Positions 1 through 10,199 of a stretch of 20,213 nt of DNA are shown in pieces. The first letter of the stretch is position 1; the number at the start of each line of letters is the position of its first letter. The position numbers were made by a program, and so were the translations under genes. The stretch covers positions 782,692 to 802,904 of the forward strand of contig WELA01003449.1 in NCBI GenBank assembly GCA_009602735.1, given 5' to 3'. This DNA comes from Mesotaenium endlicherianum. Taxonomy: Eukaryota. The notes beneath the pieces were generated by a model. That model saw only the letters and a list, made by a program, of their open reading frames with translations. It was not told the DNA's origin and did not search any database.

Positions 1-27
1 GAACAGTTCACAAGGTAGAACTGATAC

Positions 28-819
28 CTGTGGTGAGGATAGCAAAGGCTGTTGAATGCCTGCACACCATCCCCTGCATCAAGGTAGCTAAATCTGACTC
101 GCTGAAGCCTGTCGGATTTAAATACCCAATTGTTCACTTGAGCGCCACATAGCCCCCTGGAGCTTTTCTTCAGGCTATAGTCAGACGGGAGAGGAACTTC
201 GCGGAAGCCTGAGACTTTATCTCTCATAAGACGCAACTGGTACTCTAAGTAGGGCAGATATAGCTGACGCTCTTGATCTCTTAGGCCAGAGGTGGACGTG
301 AAAGGATCTGCATAAACGCTGAAGAAATTAAATAAGCAGAGCTCTTGATTGGTGCCCCCCATCAAACAATGTGCTCACGGGGTGCCCCCCCTCAATTGGT
401 TTTGTATTGATGCATTTTCAAACATCAAGAAGATGAGCTCGGCAAACACAGTGTGTAGGGAACTTACACAACTTCTCCTCAGTGTAAGTAAAGCTTTGGG
501 ATACTATCTCGGGGTTCTGAGTAAAAAGGAGCTTGCTACGGTCCTGATCAAATGTGCGGCCTGCAGTAGCAGATTCCACAGGAGGCAAAGCCAATGACGC
601 GGATGGTCGATTCAATCTACAGTTCTTTAATAAGTAAGTAGTCGCTTGCCTTTTAGAGATTGTAAGGGCTTCTCCATTGGAAACAAAATGTCGTAAAAAC
701 CCCTGCAGAGACCGTGAATTTACATTTACCTCACATTTCAAGTCTACTCCCGACAATGTTCCTGCAGCTGCTAAGTGGCTCCCACATGCGTGCCAAGCAC
801 TGGTACTACAAAACGACAT
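28..819 (-). CDS. PUBS: Ferredoxin-dependent bilin reductase, PebA lineage (probably phycourobilin synthase), 5' part; exons 468-819 and 28-307, gene continues beyond position 1
   Basis: Exon 1 ends TTG T|GTAAGT (donor 467-466). Exon 2 starts after CAG (310-308) in matching phase and reads 92 open codons: YPFTSTSGLRDQERQLYLPYLEYQLRLMRDKVSGFREVPLPSDYSLKKSSRGLCGAQVNNWVFKSDRLQRVRFSYLDAGDGVQAFNSLCYPHH, ending AG|GTATCA (27-26). The pattern S.RG...A....W...S..L...R..Y.DAG...Q.FNS..YP.H matches the PebA N-terminal half as I recall it, not HY2 or PebB. Exon 1 is a plausible transit peptide; the ATG at 819 is tentative. Confidence 0.82.
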
Positions 820-1462
820 TGTATTGAGTTGCAAACTCGCAGCTATGGCTTCCTCAACGCTTGAGGGTTATAAATCAAACGGGCTCACGAACTGATGGGA
901 CTTCAGGGCCTTGCTATATCGTAGATGTTGCTTGTGGCAACAGATGTGACTTCCTCGGAGACTTTTGAAGACATGGACGTGTTGTATCTTGTGACCCGCA
1001 AGTTACTCTCGCGCCAGTGTTGGCAACGCTGCACAACGCTGTACCATTCTCCTCCGATCTTTTCCTTGGATTGTTCTCAGATTGCTAAGTGGTCTGCTTC
1101 ACTCTGCACTCCGCTTAGTCCAGGTCGTGTCCGTATCACTACGTGACGTTGACTTTCACGAACAAATGTGTCACGTGCTACAGAATTTAAACACTAGTGT
1201 CTACTTTGATGGACGCTTGTGAAAGTTTTTGCGCCGCTACTCCAGAATTACCACCGATTGGTGCAAACTGGACAGAAATACCCAGATTCTGCCAATTTGG
1301 ACAAAAGTTACCACTTTTTCGTCCCGAACCTGTTTTGTTGCTCTCACTGTATATTTTGCACTGCGAGTGTGCGGGGCGGAGAACATAATCTTGGCCCAAG
1401 AGTGTGCGGAGCGGAGGGTGTAGGCGGAGGGTGTGCGGAGCGGAGCTTGCGAGTATGCGGAG

Positions 1463-1713
1463 CCAATTAGGGTGTAGGCTGCCCGTACTTACCGGGCCCC
1501 CTGGGGTCGTTTAGTTTGGTTTAATGTTCGATGGGTCGCACCTCGATTTCGTGTGCGGGGCGGAGGAGAGAGTGTGCGGGGCCGAGGAGAGAGTGCGGAG
1601 CGGAAAACGACCACGGGCGGATCCAATTAGGGTGTAGGCTGCCCGCACTGACCGGGCCCCCTGGGGTCGTTTAGTTTGGTTTAATGTTCGATGGGTCGCA
1701 CCTCGATTTCGTG
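1463..1713. repeat. Two 91-bp direct repeats (1463-1553, 1623-1713) amid GTGTGCGG(G/A)GCGGAG motifs
   Basis: ccaattagggtgtaggctgccc...cacctcgatttcgtg occurs twice 160 bp apart with 2 mismatches; short gcggag motifs recur from ~1367 to 1605. Confidence 0.9.
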
Positions 1714-1731
1714 CTAACTTTTAAGTAAGGG

Positions 1732-3295
1732 TGTCGCGACTACCATCCGTTTGACGGTGCCGCACGCGCAGCGCAAGCTACGGTCACCCAGGTACGGAAA
1801 GTCAACGTTGACTCACCGACCACTTGACTGATTACGTCGCAGTCAGCGGTTATGTCGGTGTCAAGACTACTGGCAAGGGGCCAATGTCAATGTGCCCCAC
1901 ACCCAAGGAGGGGGGAGGTTTTGACAGCATAGACAGCCGTGGGGCTAGAAGCTGGGGATCAGTAATGAGCCGCCCAGCAGGTACCAAGTCAGGTACTGTG
2001 TGACTGGCAGATTAAGCCAGGTCATGGCCGCAATGCCAAGATAGGTTACGGCCGCCCGGTTGGGAATCTTGAGCAAGTGGCATTTGCTTGTACACGCCGC
2101 TCAGGAGTTCTTAGCCATGAGCCAATTAGGCGTGACTGCAAGCTGAGAAGCTAAGCAGCCACGCACGACAGTCACGAGGTGTGCATGCATGCTGAGTGAC
2201 TACGAGTTTGAGTTGAGCATGGCTAGGCAGAAGCGACATGCAGCTAAGCTTTGTGACTAAGCACGGCATTCTCGAAAGATGACGCTGTGTGGTGCCTGCG
2301 AAAGGCACGAATCGTGCCTGAGACATGTCATTCACTCTCACGCACTTTGCCAAGAAGCAGAAGGAGCAGAAGGAGCAAAGGGAAGGAGAAGAAGGGCGCA
2401 AAGAAGAAGAAGGAGTTCCCAAGGCCATTGGAGAGCCGAGGCCCCACGCTTCTGCCGACGCTGAAGATTCTTCTCAGTGTATCCTAGATAAGTTAGAATT
2501 GTAGGAGTTCCCAAGAGGGAATCTCACTGTTGAAAGTAGGAAAACTACAGAATAGAATCTGCTAGGAGATTAGCACAGATTCGGCCGAACGCCACAAGTG
2601 TGTGTGAAGCAGCCTTAAAATGGTGGATGGTGTGTTAGTTTCCAAGTTCTCAAAAGTCGCATTCGCATCTCGAAGAGAGAGGGTAGTATTGGCAGATAAA
2701 GCTCTCAGTGAAGAACTGAGTGAGCCTAGCCTGGCAGTGAAGAACTGTTAAGGCGCGGTGTTAAGTGAAGAGCTTGACCCAGGCCAGCGTAGACGTGTAG
2801 TCTCAGAGTTTTGTAAGCTGTCTTTGTGAAAGTTAAGCGAAAGCCTGAAGGGCGATTTTCTCTGAATCTGACGTTGTATGTCAAGCTGCTTAGAGTGTGA
2901 TTTCTGCAAACTACAATTTGCTCGCCTGTGAACCCAAGCACCTTAAGGCATAAAGCCTATGTGGAAGTAAGAGACTTTCGTCCTTGTAAGAGGAATTAAG
3001 GCAAGGCAAGTATTTTTAAAAATTTCTGCTAAGTCTTAGAATAAGCAAATGGTGAGAGCTGCGTGAAGGAGAACATTGCCCTGAGTGTTGGTCATGGTTG
3101 CATGGTGCAAGTTCAGGAGCCCAGGGATGGGTCAACCTTGGTAAGTGAAAGGGGGAAGGGTGCGGGGAGTGCGCCCACACACACTCACGCACCCTCACCC
3201 GCGAGTGGAAGCGTGCACGAGGACCTTTCCTAGTTGCATACACAAGGTGGAGTGGCCTGGTGGTGTGCCACCCTTGCAAAAGTTAGAGGGCTACA
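1732..3295. mobile_element. Probable solo LTR (1564 bp) of an LTR retrotransposon
   Basis: Begins TGTCGC and ends GCTACA (TG...CA, 5/6 inverted match). AGGG (1728-1731) lies on the left and, once the chromovirus is removed, AGGG on the right. The empty site aagtaaggggctggcag restores a unit of the minisatellite (aagcaaggggctggcag). No credible ORF inside. Confidence 0.62.
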
Positions 3296-3297
3296 AG

Positions 3298-3800
3298 TGT
3301 AGTGAAACAGATAGATGAAGTACTTAGTGAAATATAATACTTTATCTATTCAAAACAAGGATCTTTGAACACAAGTGGTAGCTTCTTGAAAGAGAGATGG
3401 CTTCTTGAAAGTTAATATATTTCTGGATTTTGGCAAGTACAAGAGTGATTCTCGAATGTCTTTCTATGTTCTAGCTCTTGTTTATATACTTGCTACATAA
3501 GTAATTTCTAGGAAGGTGTATGTTGATGTGTTGGCACCCAACACATCCCAAAACTTGCCACCTCTTTCTAGAATAATGTACACATGTCCTTTTGACCTAA
3601 AAATGGCACATTTGACTTTTGCCACATGGAGTTCTTCTAGGTCTTTCCTCTAACTTCGAAAATGCCTTGGAAGGTTCAAAGGACATGAACCAAGTTACTA
3701 GAGTACCTATTCACACTTGACTCCACACAATACTACTCCAAATATATTTGAAAACATTAAAATATATGCAAACTAATATATAATAACTCAAATCACTACA
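3298..3800 (-). repeat. 3' LTR of the chromovirus (503 bp)
   Basis: TGTAGTGA...TCACTACA (8-bp terminal inverted repeat); about 16 substitutions and no indels versus 10200-10702 by manual count (~97% identity). Confidence 0.97.
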
Positions 3801-3810
3801 TCACCCCCCC
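3801..3810 (-). other. Polypurine tract
   Basis: Minus strand GGGGGGGTGA directly abuts the 3' LTR. Confidence 0.85.
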
Positions 3811-3837
3811 GATAGAAAAAGCGACGTCTCGGCGCGT

Positions 3838-3960
3838 CAAGTCAGGTCTTACACATGTGGAGCAAACTAGTCAACAGTTTCAAGTCAGATGCCACACATG
3901 TGAAGAGGACTAGTCAAAGGCGCCAAGTCAGGTGTGACACATGTAAGGTAGACTAGGCAA
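3838..3960. repeat. Three degenerate 43-bp tandem repeats in the retrotransposon 3' untranslated region
   Basis: CAAGTCAG-N5-ACACATGT-N7-ACTAG(T/G)CAA starts at 3838, 3881 and 3924. Confidence 0.85.
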
Positions 3961-4569
3961 GGTCGTAGGTGGTGTGACCTTATTGGCTAGCCTACTCCTT
4001 AATGATAAAGAAAATTGTACAAGTTGGCCCAGAATCTGCCACGAATTCAAAAACTCATAGCGGCCACAGAATTGCTCCAAGTTTGAAACTTCGAGTGCCA
4101 GACGGACCGCGTCGGAGAAGTCTACCGGGTCACCAAATTTGAGAGCATTCTAATTTCTGGAGTGTCGTTGAGAGTTGAGAGAGTAGGCACTCCTCCAAAT
4201 CTGCGCAGAAACTTCTGAAAATCACAAGTCCTTCTATACTTCTCTAAGTTCTGCAAACTAAGTCTCAAACTGGGCGTTGTAAGATGTTCTACCAGAGACT
4301 TGAGTTTCAGAGCATTCCAAGTTCAGGGGAGGGCACAATGTCAGAAGGCATATTCTGTCCCAACAATGCCAGCAGCCTGACCCCCTTCTACTTAGAGCAT
4401 CATATCTCCCTCATCAGTGCTCTAAAATAAACAAACTTGGACTCTAAATGACCGACTACTCATGGACTACAGCCAGGTAAGGTTTCAGAATTTGTTATGC
4501 AGAGACCTATCACCAGTAGCAATTTTAGTTTTCTGTCCAGAAACTGCGAGAAGAGAAGAGTGTCTAATG

Positions 4570-7500
4570 TCAACTTTTCCTCTTTCTTGTTCTTGCAGGC
4601 TGCCTCCAAGGGGTCTTCTGCTGCTTCTTGATGGTGGCAGGCTGCCTCCCTGAAGTCTTCGGGCTTCTAGTAGAGAGACTTGGGGCTGGTCCAAGATGGG
4701 GGTTGGCGGCATGGAAGCGCTTCAACTTTCTCTGAACTTTGTCAAGGTAGTGCGCCGCCACCCAACTATTCTCCGAATCTGGATATCCTTTCCACTTGAT
4801 CAAGTATTGCTGCTGTCTCCTGAAATTTCTCATAGCCACTATGTCTTCCACTTCGTACTCCAAATGATCATCCACTATTGTTGGGGCTGGTGGGGTTGTC
4901 ACACGTCCTGGGAACTTGTTGTCGGGTTGCACATATGGCTTGAAGAGGGAAGCGTGGAATACGGGGTCGATGTGCATAGTCTGGGGAAGTTCTAGCTTGA
5001 AAGCAACGGGGTTGACTTGCTGGATAATCTTGAAGGGTCCCAAATACTTGGGAGAGAACTTGCTGCCGGCAGGCCTGTTGTTCAGAGAAATGTTCTTGGA
5101 TGATAGTAACACGTTGTCACCCACTCTGTACGTAATTTCTCTTCTGGATCTGTTCGCCACTCTTGCTTGAGCATCTTGCGCGTGTTGTAGAGCTTTCTTC
5201 GCTGCTGTGAGGGCTGCTTCTAATGTCTCCATATAATCGATGGCTGCAGGTACTTCATCAAGGCCAGCCGTGAAGCTCAGTGGCGTGGTCGGATGGAAGC
5301 CATAGTTGAGGAAGAATGGGGACTCTTGGGTAGAGGCCTGCGTTGTGTTGTTGTAGGCAAACTCGAGGGGGGTCAAGTACATGTCCCAGTCTTGCTCGAG
5401 GGTAGACACGTAGGCCTTTAGAGAGGTCTTTAGGGTACGATTCATACGCTCGGTTTGCCCATCTGATTGTGGGTGGTAGGCAGTAGACATATCCAGCGAT
5501 GTACCCAAGTTCTTGAAGAGATTTTTCCAGAAATGGCTTGTGAATCTTGGATCTCTATCTGACACAATTCTTGATGGTAGTCCATGGAGTCGGAAGATGT
5601 TGTCAAAGATGAGTCTTGCAAGTTGTGGTGCTGTAGCCTTAGTCGTCGTGGGAATGAAATGAGTCATCTTGGTAAGTCTGTGCACCACCGTGAGTATTGC
5701 ATTATGGCCTCCAGGTGTCACGGGCAGGTCCACGATAAGGTCCATTGAGATGTCCGTCCATTGTCTTTCGGGGATTGGTAGTGGTTGGAGGAGTCCTCCC
5801 GCCTTTTGCGATGATGGCTTGATTCTTTGGCATGTGTCACAGCTCCTGCAGTACTCCTTGACTTGCTTAGACATGCCTGGCCAACAATAAGTCCTGGCTA
5901 GAACGCCCGTGGTCCTTAGGATTCCAAAGTGTCCTCCAAGAGGGTTGTCGTGTGCTTCTCGTAGAAGCAAGAGCCGGAGGTCTAAGTCATTAGGAACACA
6001 TCTCTGGCCCGTATCTTGCCTCACCCAATAATTGCCTTCTTGCTTCTTGCATGGGTCCAAGGCTGCTTCTCCGTTCTTGTAGTAAGGGTCTCTTTCATAG
6101 GCGGCTGAAAATCGAGCTTCCAGATCTGTCTTCAGGGATACCATCACTGCATTTAATTGCAGTCTTGAGAGGGGGTCAGCCGGGTTTGTCTTGCCGGGCT
6201 GGTACTGAATCGTGATGTTGTATTGTTGCAAGTATCCGCTCCATCTTGCTTGTGTCCTTGAGAGATACGGCTGCGTCTGGAGGTGCTTTAACGTCTCGTG
6301 GTCCGTGGTGACCAGTACCTTGCGTCCTTCAACGTAGCAGCGCCAAACCTTCAAGGCATGTACAATCGCCAATGCCTCTCGCTCCGTGGTTGTATAATTT
6401 TGCTCGGCTGGATTTAGCTTCCTTGACTCGTAGGCGATGGGCTGCAGTCCCTTGCCTTGGTCTTGAAGCAGGATTGCTCCAATTGCATAGGAAGATGCAT
6501 CGGTGATGACGTGGAAGGGCCAATCCGGGTTTGGACTTGGGAGTGTGAGCACCGGGGATGTGGTCAATCTTTGCTTTAACTGTTGAAATGCCTCTATCTC
6601 TTTCTCGGTCCATGTATAGAACCTGTCCTTCTTGAGTAGATCTGTCAGGGGGGCTGCTATGTGCGAGAAGCTTTGAATGAATCTCCTGTACCAATTGGCA
6701 AATCCCAAGAATGACTGGAGTTCTTTCTTGGTCGTGGGGGTTGGCCATTCCTCCACCACCGTGGTCTTCTTGGGGTCCATCTTGATGCCATCAGCAGTCA
6801 CGTGGAGACCTAGGAACTCCACTTCTTGTTTGGCAAACTCGCACTTTGACTCCTTTGCAAATAGCTTGTTTTGCTTCAATACTTCGAGGACTTCTTTCAA
6901 GTGTCTCGCATGCTCTTCAAGGGTCTTGCTGTAGATAAGGATGTCATCGATGAATACCACCACAAATCTGTCCAACATGGGCTGAAATATGGTGTTCATC
7001 ATAGTCATGAAAGTTGCTGGCGCGTTGGTGAGTCCAAATGGCAGGACCATGAACTCAAAATGTCCATATCTTGTCCTGAATGCCGTCTTCTCTATGTCCG
7101 GTTCTGCGATGCGAATCTGGTGGTAGCCGCTCCGTAAGTCAATCTTCGTGAAGTACTTGGCTCCAACCAGCCGGTCCATGAGCTCATCCATGCGCGGCAG
7201 CGGGTATCGATTCTTGATGGTGATCTTGTTGAGGGCGCGATAGTCCACACACATCCTCAAGGTACCATCTTTCTTCTTGACAAATAGCACCGGGGCTCCA
7301 AATGGCGACTTGCTAGGTCGAATGAAGCCATGCTCCAGTAGCTCCTTGATTTGCTTCTTGACTTCGTCTAGCTCCGTGTATGACATTTTGAACGTAGGCC
7401 GAGAGATGGGCTTGCTTCCGGGCTCCAACTCTATCTTGTGGTCTACGAATCTTTTGGGGGGTAGGCCCTTGGGCAATTCCGGGGAGAACACTTCTTTGTA

Positions 7501-8235
7501 GTCCTCAAAGACTTCTTGTATCTCCTTGGGAACGGGGCTGCCTTCTTGACTCTCGATGTCTTTCTTGATGTCTTTTGGCGTGATCAAGGCCAAAAGAAGC
7601 TCGTGTCCCTTCCTCACAAGTCTCTTGAGTTGGAGGGCGGACAATAGTATCTCGTGTGCCGGCTTCTGGATGTCTTGGGTCTGGATATTCTGGATTGCGC
7701 GCAAAATACAGATTCTTGAAGTGATGTCATTCTTGATCTTGATAGTACCGGTCCTCCAATCAACTTGGGGGTTGTGCTTGGTCAACCAAGGCGTCCCTAG
7801 GATGACGTCGTACTTGCCCAATTGCATGGGGGAGAACACTACTCTATCCTTGAAGGACTTGATAGAGAGTGCCAAGGGGTACGTCTTCTTGGAAGGGGTA
7901 GTATAGGAGAATCCATCGGGCATCATAATCTCTTCGTCATGGTCAAGAGTTCGCATAGTAATACCGTGCTTGGTGGCGAAATCTGCAGCAATGAAGTTGC
8001 CTTGAGCTCCGCCATCCACCAAGATGTGGACCTTCTCTCCTCCAAGGTAACCTCTCAAACTCATTGGGGCTGGAACGTCGTCTTCAACGGGGGTCTCCAC
8101 CTCACTTGGCGTGTTGCCTTCTCGTGAAGTGGGTCTTGGGGTGGTAGGCTCCTGACCTACCGGCGCTGTCCGTTTTTTGACAACTTTTTGGGGCATGAAA
8201 GTGCACGATGGCCCTTTTCCTTGCAATAAAAGCAT
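4570..8235 (-). CDS. pol: Pol polyprotein (protease, RT, RNase H, integrase, chromodomain); real entry probably by -1 frameshift at ~8178
   Basis: Uninterrupted 1221-codon ORF: LVDGGA protease; PFGLTNAP and [24 protein letters not shown] RNase H; H..H..C..C zinc finger, SMDLI/SDRD/GQTER integrase core; GPF motif; chromodomain EYEVEDIV...[15 protein letters not shown] (~4706-4860). Confidence 0.96.
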   Translation of the reverse strand: MLLLQGKGPSCTFMPQKVVKKRTAPVGQEPTTPRPTSREGNTPSEVETPVEDDVPAPMSLRGYLGGEKVHILVDGGAQGNFIAADFATKHGITMRTLDHDEEIMMPDGFSYTTPSKKTYPLALSIKSFKDRVVFSPMQLGKYDVILGTPWLTKHNPQVDWRTGTIKIKNDITSRICILRAIQNIQTQDIQKPAHEILLSALQLKRLVRKGHELLLALITPKDIKKDIESQEGSPVPKEIQEVFEDYKEVFSPELPKGLPPKRFVDHKIELEPGSKPISRPTFKMSYTELDEVKKQIKELLEHGFIRPSKSPFGAPVLFVKKKDGTLRMCVDYRALNKITIKNRYPLPRMDELMDRLVGAKYFTKIDLRSGYHQIRIAEPDIEKTAFRTRYGHFEFMVLPFGLTNAPATFMTMMNTIFQPMLDRFVVVFIDDILIYSKTLEEHARHLKEVLEVLKQNKLFAKESKCEFAKQEVEFLGLHVTADGIKMDPKKTTVVEEWPTPTTKKELQSFLGFANWYRRFIQSFSHIAAPLTDLLKKDRFYTWTEKEIEAFQQLKQRLTTSPVLTLPSPNPDWPFHVITDASSYAIGAILLQDQGKGLQPIAYESRKLNPAEQNYTTTEREALAIVHALKVWRCYVEGRKVLVTTDHETLKHLQTQPYLSRTQARWSGYLQQYNITIQYQPGKTNPADPLSRLQLNAVMVSLKTDLEARFSAAYERDPYYKNGEAALDPCKKQEGNYWVRQDTGQRCVPNDLDLRLLLLREAHDNPLGGHFGILRTTGVLARTYCWPGMSKQVKEYCRSCDTCQRIKPSSQKAGGLLQPLPIPERQWTDISMDLIVDLPVTPGGHNAILTVVHRLTKMTHFIPTTTKATAPQLARLIFDNIFRLHGLPSRIVSDRDPRFTSHFWKNLFKNLGTSLDMSTAYHPQSDGQTERMNRTLKTSLKAYVSTLEQDWDMYLTPLEFAYNNTTQASTQESPFFLNYGFHPTTPLSFTAGLDEVPAAIDYMETLEAALTAAKKALQHAQDAQARVANRSRREITYRVGDNVLLSSKNISLNNRPAGSKFSPKYLGPFKIIQQVNPVAFKLELPQTMHIDPVFHASLFKPYVQPDNKFPGRVTTPPAPTIVDDHLEYEVEDIVAMRNFRRQQQYLIKWKGYPDSENSWVAAHYLDKVQRKLKRFHAANPHLGPAPSLSTRSPKTSGRQPATIKKQQKTPWRQPARTRKRKS
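8143..8178 (-). promoter_or_regulatory. Putative -1 ribosomal frameshift signal (gag-pol)
   Basis: A AAA AAC heptamer (8178-8172) in the gag frame; pol is in the -1 frame; hairpin GGTAGG-N7-CCTACC (8161-8143) lies 10 nt downstream. Confidence 0.75.
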
Positions 8236-8759
8236 AGTCCAGCCGTCATGAGAGCTTCTTTTTCAGCCGGGGAGAGTCTTGCTTTCACTCCTTGCTGGTT
8301 TCTTGCATCATAAGTGTCATTGGAGGGTCTTCCACTCTTCCGGGCAGCCGCGGGGTCCGTCTTAATAACTCCGATTTCCATGGGTTGGGTCCAGATTCGG
8401 ATGTGGAAGGGGCTGCGTACACCCGTGTCGCCGGTACCCGTGAAGATGAAGGCACGGAGTCCTTGAAATCCAAGGTATCCACCTTTTGGGCCACTTCAAT
8501 GATCTTTGAGAAGTCCGTCAAGTCGCGTAATTCCACTTCCTTTGCCACCTTGGGTTTGAGGCCAAAGATGTAGCGGTCAATCTTCTCCTCGAGAGACATG
8601 TTGGGGATCTCAAGAGTGAGGACGGGAAATCTGGATATATACTCTTCAACGGACGTAGTTTGCTTGCGATGGTGGAGCTTTCCTCGGGCAATCTACTCCG
8701 CATTGATGGGTATGAGTTGCTTCTTGAGGGCCTCACGAAAATCTGCCCATCTTGCATAT

Positions 8760-9480
8760 TGTAATGAATCAGTATACTGGTCGATATAATATTCATTTAA
8801 ATAATATAGTTAAACAAGTTCAGCCTGCTGAACCCTAGTTAATAATCAGTCTGCTGGACTTTATACTTAATATCAGTTTAATGACTTGGCCGGAAGTAGC
8901 AGGCTGAGGCCACCTTAAGTCAGCTTGCTGACACATTCTTTGACAGCCAGCTGACTTCCGTACTCGGTAGCAGCGAACTGCCTCAATATGCATCTAAGTG
9001 TGGTATGCTAGATGAATGGCCACATGACATCCCTATGATGGATGGCGATTCGGGATGATGGGAGATGGCGGTGGATTTGGTTAACCGAGGTCCTACCAAC
9101 GTGGTTAACTCCCGGGTAGGCGGTGCCATCGCACTGACCGTTGAACAGTAAACTCATTCCATGTACATACGCTAGACATTGCTCTCGAGTTCGGCATTCG
9201 GAAACGAGGCCAACTCTCCTGTACAGCTTACTGAGAGAGATCTGAATCCAAGGCGAGAAGCCATTGATACGCACTGTCTTCTAACCTTGCTTATGTATGA
9301 GTTTACTGATTTGCATTATTGATGCTAGTTTACTCTCATTTGACTGGCGAGTATTATTCACTGCTAGCGTGTTGTCCTTTGCCGTTAAACCAGTTAACGG
9401 AAAATACCATAAAGATTACTTGCTGATATAAAGATCTTTATTAATTGTTAATCGCCTATTTGGTAAGTCGATTCATTTCA
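8760..9480. mobile_element. Solo LTR (721 bp) of a different family inserted in gag
   Basis: TGTAATGAATC...GATTCATTTCA (10/11 inverted match), 5-bp TSD CATAT (8755-8759, 9481-9485); excision restores the gag frame. Confidence 0.92.
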
Positions 9481-9955
9481 CATATGATGGTGGGGGCTCT
9501 TGGCCGAGCATGGTGTGCGCTATAGCTTGATATATAGCCGCTTGATAGTTGCGCCACCATGATGTTGCTGCTCCTCTAAGTAAGGTAACGGCAAAGGGAA
9601 CGTAGTCCTCCTCGGGTACTTCAAGGAACGCGAGGTACGTCTCCACTTGGTAGAGCCATAAATTCAGGTTGGCACCTTTCCCGGGGTTGAAAGTTTCGGG
9701 TTTGCCGGGCTTGATGAGTTTCCTTGCTCTCGTTGGCTCTTGTGGAGGCGCTTGAGCCGGGGCTGGATTTTGAGCATTGCTCGCAATAGGGGCAACCATG
9801 GCAGCCATAGCTTCTCTTGACGCTTGCACGGTTGCTTCATAGGTGGCCAAGCCCACTTGGTTGTGGACGGTCATTAGGAAGGCTGCCCACTCATTTGCGG
9901 GAACTCCTTGTGGTGGGGTCAACTTTGCTATAGCGGCTGCCACGGGATTTGACGG

Positions 9956-10105
9956 TGCTCCTCCTTGTGGTGCTTCTTGTTGTTGCAGATTTCCTTGAGT
10001 AGGCTCTCCCATCGACGCTGGAGGAGGGTGTGCTCCTCCTTGTGGTGCTTCTTGTTGTTGCAGATTTTCTTGAGTGGGCTCTCCCATCGGCGCTGGAGGA
10101 GGGTG
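9956..10105 (-). repeat. 75-bp in-frame tandem duplication in the gag N-terminus
   Basis: HPPPAPMGEPTQENLQQQEAPQGGA / HPPPASMGEPTQGNLQQQEAPQGGA; copies at 9956-10030 and 10031-10105. Confidence 0.95.
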
Positions 10106-10186
10106 TCTTGGAGAGGAAGGGCTTCCTTCGAAAGCTTGCTGTTGGTCTTGAGGATCGGCCATCTTCTTGTGCTACCAAAGTGCCTA

Positions 10187-10198
10187 GCTCCGATACCA
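10187..10198 (-). other. Primer binding site for initiator tRNA-Met
   Basis: TGGTATCGGAGC 1 nt inside the 5' LTR; canonical TGGTATCAGAGC with one A>G change (G:U compatible). Confidence 0.88.
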
Positions 10199-10199
10199 C

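Larger units (their letters stand above)
8157..10162 (-). pseudogene. gag: gag, disrupted by a solo-LTR insertion, an in-frame stop and a frameshift
   Basis: Removing 8760-9485 joins ...PPPSY/ARWADFREALKKQLIPINAE*IARGKL...MSLEEKIDRY in frame. TAG at 8693-8695; 1-bp frameshift at GPNP/MEIG (~8385); zinc knuckle [14 protein letters not shown]; stop at 8157-8159. Confidence 0.92.

Noticed and set aside
2126..3279. Short ORFs inside the 1.56 kb insertion
   Set aside because: Low-complexity purine-rich sequence; no homology-like motifs or consistent splice pattern.
1714..3286. Alternative element ends CTAACTTTT / AAAAGTTAG
   Set aside because: 9-bp inverted match with no TSD; the TG...CA boundaries give a TSD and restore a minisatellite unit.
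3961..4569. Possible extra (env-like or antisense) ORF in the retrotransposon 3' region
   Set aside because: Only short stop-interrupted frames with no recognisable features.
4696..8789. Plus-strand and alternate-frame ORFs over gag-pol
   Set aside because: Antisense or shadow frames of a long coding region, with no motifs.
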